64,000 nucleotides of DNA from Heteronotia binoei. Taxonomy: Eukaryota. The translations under genes were made by a program, and so were the position numbers. The stretch is taken from NCBI RefSeq assembly GCF_032191835.1, contig NC_083226.1, positions 21,266,001 to 21,330,000 of the forward strand, written 5' to 3'. Below the pieces are notes generated by a model that saw only the letters and a program-made list of their open reading frames with translations, was not told where the DNA came from and made no database searches. This document shows, piece by piece, positions 25,701-36,663 of the stretch (position 1 is the first letter of the stretch; every line of letters starts with the position of its first letter).

Positions 25701-27422
25701 CTCGCACACGGGCCTTCTCTATCGCAGCTCCACACCTATGGAACCAGCTCCCGGAAGAAGCGCAAGCCCTGCGGAGCCTTGACCAGTTCCGCAGGGCCTG
25801 CAAGACCACCCTTTTCAGGATGGCCTTTGCCGGCTGAGCGACTGATGTTAGGTGACTTCTATCACCATTATTTTTATGAACAGAATTAGCACCTAAAATC
25901 TATTTGTATTTGTTTTAAATTGGAATGTTTTTAAGACTAATGTGATTTTAAACCCTTGTATAATTATATGAATATGTTGTTAGCTGCCCTGAGCCCGCTT
26001 TGGCAGGGAGGGCGGGATATAAATAAAATATTATTATTATTAATATGCAAAGGCATTCCTGCTACAAAAAAAGCCCTGGTCACTGGGGGATTGGTTGATG
26101 AGGTAGGTCATTGCTGTCGATGCCTCTTGTGATGGAACTGGAAGATTTCACTGTTGTGGAAGGCTTCCATCTGTGGCGTAGCTGAAGTAGCGGATGGGGT
26201 CAAGAGGGAAAGTGCGTCTTGACAGTGCCCCCCCTGCCAAAGGAGCGCGAGACTATGGCATATGTAAAGGAGTTCCTGCTTTTAAAAAAAGCCCTGGACA
26301 TGATGCTCTCACTCATCATATTTCCTCTCCCTCTTTCTTTCCAGATGATGATTATTTTGGGACTGATCTGTGGTATTGCGGCCATAGCAATTATAGGTAA
26401 GTATCATGAGGAATTAGGATCATGAGGCCCTAAGGCCTGGAGAAAGGGTACCACCTATCTGTGAGTTATGGAAGCAGGGGTGGGCAATCCTTGGGGCCCG
26501 GATTTATATCCTGCCCTCCACTCTGAATCTCAGAGTGGCTCACAATCTCCTTTACCTTCCTCCCCCACAACAGACACCCTGTGAGGTGGGTGGGGCTGGA
26601 GAGGGCTCTCCCAGCAGCTGCCCTTTCAAGGACAACCTCTGCCAGGCCATTCCAGTAGGTGCAAGTGGAGGAGTGGGGAATCAAACCTGGTTCTCCCAGA
26701 TAAGAGTCCGCACACTTAACCACTACACCAAACTGGCTCTCAGCTTCTCAGCAGTGGTCTCTCTTCCCAAGACAGGGATACTTGCCCTGCCCTGGATAGC
26801 CCAGGCAAGCCCGATCTCATCAGATCTTGGAAACGCAGCAGGGTCGGTTCTGGCAAGTACTTGGATGGGAGAATTCCTTTGGAATACCAGCAGTCGGGAG
26901 GGCAGGGGCAGGCTTTATTCAGCCACTTCCATGAATATCCTCCAGGTCCCCAGTAGGGGTCAGTCTCAGTCACCAGAGGTTGCCATGACTTCCAGGTGTG
27001 TGTGAACATGCACAAGATAATTTTAAAAGATAGGGAGACCATTTTTAAAACTTTAAAAGATAGAGAGAGCCAGTTTGGTGTAGTGGTGAAGTGTGCGGAC
27101 TCTTATCTGGGAGAACCGGGTTTGATTCCCCACTCCTCCACTTGCAGCTGCTGGCATGGCCTTGGGTCAGCCATAGCTCTCACAGAGGTTGTCCTTGAAA
27201 GGGCAGCTGCTGTGAGAGCCCTCTCAGCCCCACCCACCTCATAGGGTGTCTGTTGTGGGGGAGGAAGATATAGGCGATTGTAAGCCGCTGTAAGTCTCTG
27301 ATTTAGAGAGAAGGGCGGGGTATAAATCTGCAGTCTTCATCTTCTTCTTATGCAGCATAACCTCTCGTTTTCTCTTTTTCTTCCCTTCATTGCTTCTGCC
27401 CACAGTCTACTTTTTCACCTGA
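19754..27422 (+). CDS. Divergent tandem paralog of VAMP1 (synaptobrevin-1-like R-SNARE), 120 aa; join(19754-19755,24581-24713,24815-24973,26345-26396,27406-27422)
   Basis: Open frame [120 protein letters not shown]. Exon sizes and phases mirror VAMP1 (2/133/159/52/17). Exon 1 (gcagccAT|gtgagt) is the least certain part. Confidence 0.9.
24029..24423. mobile_element. Family A MITE with a nested family B MITE (~24151-24368)
   Basis: Outer TIRs CAGGGGTGG with TSD ACTGAAAC/ACTGAACC; inner CA(A/G)TGTTCCCTCTAAG element. Confidence 0.85.
25212..26042 (+). mobile_element. L2-type LINE 3' fragment in intron 3 of the VAMP1-like gene, inserted into a MITE
   Basis: GVLLEPSLSMEAQI..TAKSAFFHL, RLDYCNALYMGLP, LQLVQNAVARLL, LHWLPV..RVRYKVL, AFSIAAP.LWN.LP; (TTA)n tail. 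Confidence 0.88.
26077..26210 (+). repeat. 134-bp direct repeat, copy A (copy B at 27661-27794)
   Basis: Ungapped alignment, 19 mismatches counted by hand (~86% identity). Confidence 0.9.
26785..27005 (+). mobile_element. 5S rRNA-derived SINE
   Basis: CCCGATCTCATCAGATCTTGGAA..GCAGGGTCGG..AGTACTTGGATGGGAGA..GGAATACC resembles the 5S internal control region, followed by a GAGGCAGG tail. Copies at ~2410-2615(-), 8995-9178, 11365-11545, 22680-22862(-), 41475-41625(-). Confidence 0.8.
27066..27348 (+). mobile_element. Squam3-like SINE in the last intron of the VAMP1-like gene
   Basis: Full-length copy ending ~50 bp before the exon-5 acceptor. Confidence 0.88.
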
Positions 27423-28259
27423 GACACTGCCTCTCTTCTTCCATCTGCAGCTTCCCTTCCTCCCTCCGCACATCCCCACACACATACCTCTCATTCTGGC
27501 TTGATCGTCTGGTTTTCTTTCTGCAGGTGTCTTTACACATTCTTCCTCCCCCCCCCCCCACAACCCTTTCACTGCAGCCCCTAACAAGGTCTGTTCAGCT
27601 GGGAGGATGGCTTTGGGTGTAGTGGAGGCAATGCTGAGAGTGTGTCCCTGCCTTTAAGGATGGTCACTGAGGGATTGGTTGGTGACATAGGCTATTGCTA
27701 TCTATGCCTCTTGGGATGGAACTGGAAGATTTCACCGGTGTGGAGGCCTTCCCTCAGTGGTGTAGCGGAAGGAGCAGATGGGGTCAAGAGGGAAGGTCAT
27801 GATAGCGACCCTCCCAAAGAGGAATTATACTATTAATATAATGAAAGAGGAATCCAGTACTCTGTTCCCTAAACTAATTTATAGGATTTGTTGACATATC
27901 GTACTTCAAGACAGTTGACAATGACGACACCTACAATAAGGTGCACACCACACAAAAGGAAAAGGGGACAGAAAGGGAAGAGAAAAACAAAGCAAATTCA
28001 GATATGAACACTTAAATAGCTCATCTATGTGTTCCGTTATGACCAGGCAGATCATCTTCTGTAGGAGACGGTTATGGGAGGGTGCTGAGCCCAGCGGTAG
28101 TTGGTCTAACACACACGGATGGTGGAGGCCTTGCTTTCTGCACTTCTCCCAGATGTGACTAGTGAAAAGGATGCTGAGTTGCCGGATTGGAGAGGTTCCC
28201 CCCATAAACACATGGCCTGGCCCCCAGCCTTTCCTCGCTGTTTATGTGGCAACATCTGG

Positions 28260-28477
28260 CAGTGCCGGATTAAACCCTGTGGAGGCCCCTAGGCAGTCGA
28301 AAACTCGGGGCCCCTCTCACAAATTATCTCCTAATATCTCCTGCAGGCACCTTCTCAAAAGCCCCTCTGACAAAGCTGTGGGGGAGAGGCAGAGAAAGGC
28401 AAACTGGCCCAGGGCCCCTAGAAGCGTGGGGGCCCATAGGCCGGGGCCTACTCAGCCTATTTGTTAATCCGGCCCTG
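28260..28477. mobile_element. hAT MITE (CAG(T/G)GCCGGATTAA TIRs) in the paralog 3' region
   Basis: Perfect 8-bp TSD ACATCTGG at 28252-28259 and 28478-28485. Confidence 0.88.
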
Positions 28478-29254
28478 ACATCTGGTGCTACAAACACCAG
28501 GAGATGGTTGTTCTTGTCAGCTCTTAAAGCACAGGGGCGCTGAGCGGTGGGGAAAGGGAGCACCGGGTCTCAGTGATGTAGCCAGCGAAGGTGTCAGCTG
28601 GCTGTACAAACCTCTGTCTCGCTATGATGCCAAGAAGGGTCTGAAAGGAGAGAGAGAAACCCACCAGGCCTGTGAGGGAGAGAGGATACCGTTGGCGGCT
28701 GTGCTGGGAATGGTCTCTGCTTTCCCTGCAGCATAAAGAGCCATGCACATCTCATTTGCTCAGAGTCCACCTCCATGCAGTTTCCGGTCTCTCCCCACCT
28801 CAAGGGACGACAGAGAGAGCCCAAAACGAAGCGACTGTCTTCTCTTTGAGACTGCCATTTTCTCATGGCTCACTTGGAGGGCCAGAAGTACTACTTAGAT
28901 CCAAAGCCAGATGATGATGGGAATGACAGTTTAGTAAACACACGGACCCCTCAATTTCTCCTGGACACACATCGTATCTTCTGCTGCCTCGGTTGAGATA
29001 GGACTGCCTTGACTGCATTTCTTGCTCCTTCTCCTGGGTGTGTTCTTTGCCTTTCTCTGTGGCTGCCTCTGTCGATCGTACAGGCCAAAATATGCCCCAC
29101 CCGCAGGCCCTCCACATCCAAAGCAAACATATGCTCAGAAGCTCAGCTGTTCTCTTGTCCCCATGGGTGATTTCTGCCCTTGCACACAACTGTAGCTGTA
29201 CTCTTTCCTGGTCCTGTGTCACAACTCGCCTGGGTCCTCTGAATGAAGTCTTCT

Positions 29255-29260
29255 AATAAA
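29255..29260 (+). terminator. Candidate polyadenylation signal of the VAMP1-like paralog
   Basis: AATAAA ~1.8 kb downstream of the stop at 27422, at the end of mostly non-repetitive UTR-like sequence. Confidence 0.35.
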
Positions 29261-29834
29261 CACTTCTCTAGCCCCTGAGTTTGCCTCCACTTTCTGAGCA
29301 CCTGATGGAAGAGTGGTCTTTCTTGAGGTTTGTAAGGCCGAAAGAACATGAAAGGCATGATCAGGAATGGGTGCATGTGATAGGTTACCATGTAATGTGT
29401 TCTAACCCAGCCCCTTTTGTACACAGTGAGAGCCAATGCTCCCTTTTCTGCATTGCCCAAGGACTTCTACAGATGTCACCAGCTTGAAGAGCCAATATGG
29501 CATCGTGGTTAGAGTGATCCGCTGTGCTATTCTCTGCTACTAGCAGCCGAGAGTATGAGGTGGGGATGGGGCTATCTGTTGTGCTAGGCTAGGAGGCTGC
29601 GTCATGCATGGTGTCCAGTGACTTCTGGATGGGTGGGTGTCTGTTTAAAGTTTGGGTGGCACCATCAAGACTCACAAATGCATTGCAGCATCAACTTTAG
29701 CGGACAAGAAGGAATGAATTCTCGGTTGGAAAGATTTTTGTGTGGAGAGAAGAATGAAATAAGTCTCCAAACCAAGCCTGGCTCGTGATATTTCTGTGTA
29801 AAAGTGAAAAACAGGCTGGGAAGCGCTGTGAAGC

Positions 29835-30131
29835 AGCCCCATGGCGCAGAGTGGTAAAGCTGCAGCACTGCAGTCCAAGCTCTTTGCTCATGACCTGTGT
29901 TCGATCCCAGTGAAAGCTGGGTTCAGGTCGCCGGCTCAAGGTTAACTCAGCCTTCCATCTTTCCAAGGTCGGTCAAATGAGTACCCAGCTTGCTGGGGGG
30001 AAAGTGTAGATGACTGGGGAAGATGATGGCAAACCACCCCGTAAAAAGTCTGCCATGAAAACATTGTGATGCAACATCACCCCAGAGTCGGAAACGACTG
30101 GTGCTTGCACAGGGGACTACCTTTACCTTTT
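29835..30131 (+). mobile_element. Sauria-type SINE (BovB-related tail)
   Basis: CCCCATGGCGCAGAGTGGTAAAGCTGCAG head; GGCAATGGCAAACCAC and (ACCTTT)n tail. Copies at ~30635-30922, 34025-34150, 48850-49235, 56905-57190(-), 63832-64000(-). Confidence 0.85.
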
Positions 30132-32596
30132 TAAGCATTGTGATCTTTTTCAAGAGCTGTGATAGAGAACATAGATTCCATAGTTATGTTGAACAATCTA
30201 ACAACTGTAGAACTTGAGAAATTTGTCAGGCTGGTCAAGGTGATGTTCCAAGGAATGGTGTCAGCTTTGCATTTTTCCTGCCGTCCAACTTGGAGAGTAC
30301 AAAGCCACAGAAATGGGATCTGTATTAATACAGTTCGATGGATCAAAGATTCAGGACCTTGGACAGCAACCCCCCTCCAGTGATTTCTCTGTGTGTGTGT
30401 CTCTCTGCCTCTTTGTTCTATTGCTTCAGAGTAACATAGTAACCCAACAGGATCTGTCACAAACACGTGCACACAAACTATTAATGACACCTGTTGGTTT
30501 CATTCAAATTGTTATGGCCAGAGCTTTTTTTGTACCAGGAACTCCTTTGCATATTAGGCTGCACCCCCCCTAATGTAGCCAACCCTCCAAGAGCTTACAC
30601 TAGCCCTTGTACTAAGACCCCTGTAAGCTCTGTAAGCCCCATGGTGCAGAGTGGTAAAGCTACAGTACTGCAGTTTGAGTTCTCTGCTCATGACCTGAGT
30701 TCAATCCCGCCAGAAGCTGGGTTCAGGTAGCCAGCTCAAGGTTAACAGCCTTCCATGCTTCCGAGGTCGGTAAGATGAGTACCCAGCTTGCTGGGGGGGA
30801 AAGTGTAGATGACTGGGGAAGGCAATGGCAAACCACTCTGTAAAAAGTCTGCCTTCTCCTGCTGTGAAACACCCCCCCCCCCCCGAGTCAGAAACGACTA
30901 GTGCTTTAACAGGGGACTACCTTGTGATTCCCCACTCCTCCACTTGCACCTGCTGGAATGGCCTTGGGTCAGCCATAGCTCTGACAGGAGTTGTGACAGG
31001 GCAGCTGTTGTGAGAGCCCTCTTAGCCCCACCCACTGCACAGGGTGTCTGTTGTGGTGGGAGAAGATATAGGAGATTGTAAGCCTCTGATTCAGAGAGAA
31101 GGGCAGAGTAGAAATCTGCAGTCTTCTTCAGTCTTCTTTATTCCAAACTAAGCTTTTGAGGGGTGCTCTCTGACTCACAAAAGAGTACAACAGAATAAAT
31201 AAATCTTGTTAAGTTTGGATAGGTAAGGATGCCTGGTTACCACAAAGAGGCATAGGTGGAACTCATATGAATTATATGAACTTCACAGTATTATAATACA
31301 ATGGTCGACCTTAACATCCAAACTTTTATCTATGCTCAGTGAGTCAATGTTTCATGCTGGTTTTAACCAGAACTCTGTATTATTCATCATGATAAACTCA
31401 TAAACACTTATGATAAACTCATACCTATTCAAGGGTTTTTTGAGAATAACAGAAAAGAACACAAAGTCAGGAATATAAGGGGAGAAACAACACAAAATAC
31501 TTGCAGTATACAGGCTCAGCTTGTATTTGTAGTTTCCTGGTCCATTGGAATGAACTTCAGGCAGGTTTTGGGCAGTACTCCCTCTAAGCTGTGGAATCTT
31601 GTGAGCCAAAATTCTACTTTGTGAGCTACCGGCATTAAAGTTGTGAGCCACTGCATCAATTAGTTTGCTCTGGGGCTCATTTTTCCTGAGCTAAGACAAA
31701 AGTATGAGAGCTGGAGGCTAAAAAACTGTGAGCTAGCTCACACTAACTCAGCTTAGCAGGAACACTGGTCTTGGATTAGGGCTCTGCGTTAGGATCTTGG
31801 GTTAGCCTCAACAGTTAAGATAGGAGCAAGTGCTTCCCTAGAGATGAATCCATGTGAGCATAAAACTGCCTCCAACAGACTCAGACCCTGGGTCTACCAA
31901 GGTCAGTCTTGGTTGCTCTTGACTGGCAGCAGATTTCCAAGGTCTTAGACAGAGTCAGGGATGGAATTCTAGCAGGAGCTCCTTTGCATATCAGGCCACA
32001 CCCCCTGATGTAGCCAATCCTCCAAGAACTTCCAAGGCTCTTTTTTGTAAGCTCTTGGAGGATTGGCTACATCAGGGGTGTGTGGCCTAATATGCAAAGG
32101 AGCTCTTGCTAGAATTCTACCCCTGGACCAAGGTTTTTCACGTCACCTGAACCTTTTGCCTAGTGATTCTGGGGACCGAACCTGGGGTCCTCTGCATGCT
32201 TTGAGCCAAGGCACCTCCTTCCGTGGAGCTGCTTTTTGCTGAGACTGACTCCATCAAAGTCACCTGCTCTGAAGCTTTCTGGGGTCTCAAATGGACGTCT
32301 TTCTTATCACTTTGACCTGGTCTTTTCAATTGAAGAATTAACCTGAATCTTCTGCATGCCAAGCAGAGGCTCTGCCCTTGTGCCACAGGCAAGGGTTTTG
32401 TCAGGGGGCTGGCCGTGTGTGAGCGAGAGAGCAGGTCAGCTTGCCATTTGGAGCACCAGGAGCTGTCTGGTGCTTCAGCGAGAAAGATGATCACAATGGC
32501 AAACAGGAGCTGGGTGGATAGGTGGGAAATGTATGATGAAGGTTTGCCCGGAGTAGGGCGTAAGCACTGGAATGGCATTCTCAAGCCAAAGGAACT

Positions 32597-32878
32597 CAGT
32601 CCCGTAGCTAGGGGCCACAGGGGGAGGGGGCCTCAGGGGGGCCACTGGGGAGGGGCCCATGGGGTGAGTGCATAAAACTGGAGTGGCTGGGGGCCATCCC
32701 TCTCCCTCCTGTGTGATTTAAAGAGCCTGTTGATCAGCCGATTGGTGGGCCCTTTAAATGGCATGGGAGGGGAAGTGCTGCAATTTAAATCAGGAGGGGG
32801 TGGCCAAGGGAAGGGTGCGAGGGGCCCCCAAAACCTGTTGGGCCAGGCCCCATGGGCCCCTGGTTAGCTACGAGCCTG
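32597..32878. mobile_element. MITE with CAG(T/G)C(C/T)CGTAGCTA TIRs
   Basis: 14-bp imperfect TIRs, GC-rich interior, degenerate TSD. Confidence 0.6.
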
Positions 32879-34424
32879 GGGGAGCTGCACCACAACCCAA
32901 AATTATTGATTGAATTCATATATATCCCTCCTTTCTCGCCAATAGGGACCCGAAACAGCTTTATGTCATTTTCTTCTCCTGTGTTTTATCCTCACAACCA
33001 CCCTGCGAGGTAGGTTAGGCTGAGAGCATGCGATCGGCCCGAGGTCACCCAGTGAGCTTCCATTGCACGAGTGGGGATTCAATGCTGGGTCTTCCAGAGA
33101 CTCACCCGACACTCTTAACCACTACACCAAACTTCCCATGCTAAAAAGCAAAATCTCTATTCATGGTAGCACTGGAAGAAATTGGCAAAAGCCACATGAT
33201 GCAGTGTTGAAGGAGGAGGGGGATCTCAGCCTTTGACTTGCTCATGTTCCCTTTTCACAGCCCCATGTGCATCCAGCCGCAGAGACCCAAACTGGGGGAG
33301 TTGCCATGAAGAAGAGTTGGATTTATACCCTGCCATTCACTTGGAGTCTCAGAGCAACTTACAATCTCTGCTCCCTTTTCCTCCCCACAACAGATACCCT
33401 GTGAGATAGATGGGGCTGAGAGAGCTCCGAGAGAATTGCTCTTGAGAGAACAGATCTGAAAGAACTGTGGCTTGTCCAAGGTCACCCTGTTGCCTGAATG
33501 TGGAGGAGTGGGGGAATCAAACCCGGTCCTCCAGTTTAGAGTCTGCCACTCTTAATTACAAAAGCTCGCAATGCCCAGCCATTTCATATTTTCTTCTGGG
33601 TCTTAGGCTCAAAGCAATGACCATGAGAAGTCAATAAATCAAAAGTAGCTTTGCAACTTACAGACATACGCCTGAGCAACACCTGGACTGGACATCATTC
33701 TCAAGATTGCTACAGCACAGATATTGTCCCCAGATTTTGATGCAATAGTTCAGAGTAAGGGGTGTCAGTCATCAGAAACTATTAACTGAACAAAATATTG
33801 CAAGTATGCCAATATTTTAAGCATTTTTTAAGTTTTTTTTAAAAAACCTTTAATTGTGTTTGTCTATGTTCTTTATAAAGTTTATATCTCCGCTACCTGG
33901 CATTACATTTTATGACACACACGGCCCGGCCCGACAAGGTCTCATTTATGTCAGATCCGGCCCTCATAACAAATGTGTTCGACACCCGTGGAGTAGAAAA
34001 TATTGATCTTTGGTGGACCAAGTGTAGATGGCTGGCGGAGGCAATGGCAAATCACCCCGTAAAAAGTCTGCCGTGAAAATGTTGTGATGAGACGTCACCC
34101 CAGAGTCGGAAACGACTGGTGCTTGCACAGGGGACTACCTTTACCTTTTTAAAAGGACAGGGCATTTCCCCCCTCTAGGCTAGTTGGTAGCACAATGCAT
34201 TTTTACATTAACAGGTTGCTCTGTAGGCCCCGGCGGTCCCCAGCGCTTTCCATGTTGCAGATGCTGCCTTGGGAAAGCATGCTTAGCGTCGCACCCGAAT
34301 GGCTGAATCCTAAAGGGCTGCTTTCACTGCAGTGTGTAAAAAAGGATGCTGCATGTAGAGGACGGATGGGTGAAAGGGGAAGGCAGATGAGGCCAGAGAA
34401 CTAAAACTTTTAGCATAGCTGAAT

Positions 34425-34678
34425 TTCCAATGAGCTGTGCCTCTCATGGCCTTGGCCAGTTCTGCAGGGCCTGTAAGACAGCCCTCTTCCGGCTGGCTTA
34501 TAACTAACTGGCATTGGAAACTGAGTGTAGTTTTAAATAGACCGCTGTTATATGTTTTATTTTACTGTTTTAACTGTGTAAGATGTCTTAAATTCAATAA
34601 TTTTATGTTAGATTTTATGTGCTGTGAGCCGCCCTGAGCCACTTCGGTGGGAAGGGCGGGATATAAATCGAAATAAAC
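34425..34678 (+). mobile_element. L2-type 3' end fragment
   Basis: FCRACKT.LF remnant and GAGCCGCCCTGAG..GGGCGGGATATAAAT tail like the 25.2-26.0 kb element. Confidence 0.6.
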
Positions 34679-34869
34679 TTGAAACTCTCATGTTCCTTTG
34701 CTGGGCTTTCTTTGGTAGCAGGAACTTCTTTGCATATTAGGCCACACTTCCCTGATGTAGCCAATCCTCTGTTGGGGGATTTATTCTGTAAATAAATCCA
34801 CCAACATCCTCCAAGGGCTTACAGTAGGCCCTGTACTAAGAGCCTGCTGTAATCTCTTGGAGGATTACT

Positions 34870-35230
34870 GTAAGTTCTTGGATGGTGATATGATCACCAT
34901 CTTCAAATACTTGAAGGGCTGTCGTATAGAGGATGGTGTGGAATTGTTTTCTGTGGCCCCAGAAGGTAGAACCAGAACCAGTGGGTTGAAATTAAATCAA
35001 AGGAGTTTCTGGCTCAATATTAGGAAGAACTTCCCGACTGTTAGAGCGGTTCCTCAGTAGAACAGGCTTCCTCAGGAGGTGGTGGACTCTCCTTCCTTGG
35101 AGGTTTTCAAACAGAGGCTAGATGGCCATCTGACAGCAATGAAGATCCTGTGAATTTAGGGGGAGGTATTTGTGAGCTTCCTGCGTTGTGCAGGGGGTCG
35201 GACCCTGGAGGTCCCTTACAACTCTATGAT
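34870..35230 (+). mobile_element. CR1 3' fragment inserted in a palindromic hAT MITE
   Basis: DMITIFKYLKGC..ELFSVAPEGRTR..GLKL..NIRKNF..LPQEVV..SLEVFKQRLDGHL; MITE halves at 34705-34870 and 35230-35288. Confidence 0.85.
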
Positions 35231-35605
35231 TGGCTTCATCAGGGTGTGTGGCCTAATATGCAAAGGAGTTCCTGCTACAAAAAAAGCCCAGTTCCTTTGT
35301 AAGACATTCCAGCACTTCATCATGGGGCAAATTCTTCTGAGCTACCAGTCTGGCTAGGAGAAATTGGATTCCGGTGATACACAAGAACTGCTCGATCCTG
35401 TTTCTGTCCTCTGCTGGAAGGCTTTGGAAGCATGTGTAGGTACTAGGGTTGTCAGCTCCAGTCTGGGAAATCCCTGGAGATTTGGGGTTGGAACCTGGGG
35501 AGGTGCAGGACCTTGACAGAGTATAATGTCATACAATCCACCCTCCAAGGCTGCCAACTTCTCTGGGGGAACTGATCTCTTTAGTCTGGAGTCTTCAGTA
35601 CCAGT

Positions 35606-35959
35606 TGTTAGATGTATTATGCATTGCCTGCTGCTTTGCTCTTTTTTCTTTGTAACAAGTAGCAAGATTCCTTGTCTCTGGCCGGAGACAGAACCTCAAG
35701 GCCAGGCTACGGATAGCGCAGCGCTTGTGTTGGGAAAGGGACTGAACAATTGGGGAGGGGTTATGCTTGCCCACGCTTTTGCTTCCTGCCTTGCTTTGAA
35801 AGTGTAACCGTTATATTCAAGTATATATAAGGGGGCCATTGCTCTGGCTTGCCAGTCTTAGCAAAACCCGTTTTGCATCCAGTAGCATCAGTGACCGAAT
35901 AAACCTGCCATTCAACAAAGTGGACTGTTTATGTTGTTTGATTTACTGGGGTCTCAACA
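35606..35959 (+). mobile_element. Solo-LTR-like element
   Basis: TGTT...AACA ends, TATATATAA 35822-35830, AATAAA 35898-35903; interrupts a TAGGGTTGCCA-type MITE with TGGAG duplicated at 35587-35591 and 35960-35964. Confidence 0.55.
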
Positions 35960-36663
35960 TGGAGAGCAGTTGTAATTCTGGGAGATCTCCAGTACCCACC
36001 TGGAGTTTGGCAACCCTAGAATGGTCTGCTAAAGAACTGCATGAAGTTTGGGTGGAGGTACCCCAAACCACATGGGTTCAAGGAAGCCATTAGTGGTCTT
36101 TGCTGGCTCCAAAAGGCAATGTTAGGATGCAATCCTAAGAATATTTTCCTGGGAGTAAACCCCATTGAATAACATGGGGCTTACTTCTGAGTAGACCTGC
36201 TCAGGGTTGCTCCCAAGGTCTCGGAAAGTGCAATTCATCTGGCCAGTAAGATCTTGGGAGGAGCAAGGAGAGAGAAAGGGTAACTTGGGCTGATAAAATG
36301 AAGAGAACTCCAGAGGCACCTTCAAAATGGACAGGAAGAGTCCACCACCTCCCGAGGAAGCCTGTTCTACTGAGGAACCGCTCTCACAGTCAGGAAGTTC
36401 TTCCTAATATTGATATTAATTAGGTCCTAGACAGGCTTGTCCAAGGTTACCAGAGACAGGCAAACTTACTTGACATAAGAGCCACACAGAATAAACGTCA
36501 GATGCTTGAGAGCTGTAAGACACAAACACCAGATGTTCGAGAGCAGGAAGGAAGGAAAGAACGATTTAAACCCCATCCCCCACATTTATGCAAGCATCAA
36601 CCCTTTTTTTAAAATAGCACATTTTATTTAATTTTCTTGTCCCCCTCCCCAAATGCACATAAC

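Noticed and set aside
26096-26185. TGATGA...CTGA within direct repeat A as a possible snoRNA
   Set aside because: Boxes not conserved in copy B and no terminal stem.
26805-26895. 5S rRNA gene
   Set aside because: Partial, diverged and fused to a SINE tail; no intact 120-nt gene or terminator.
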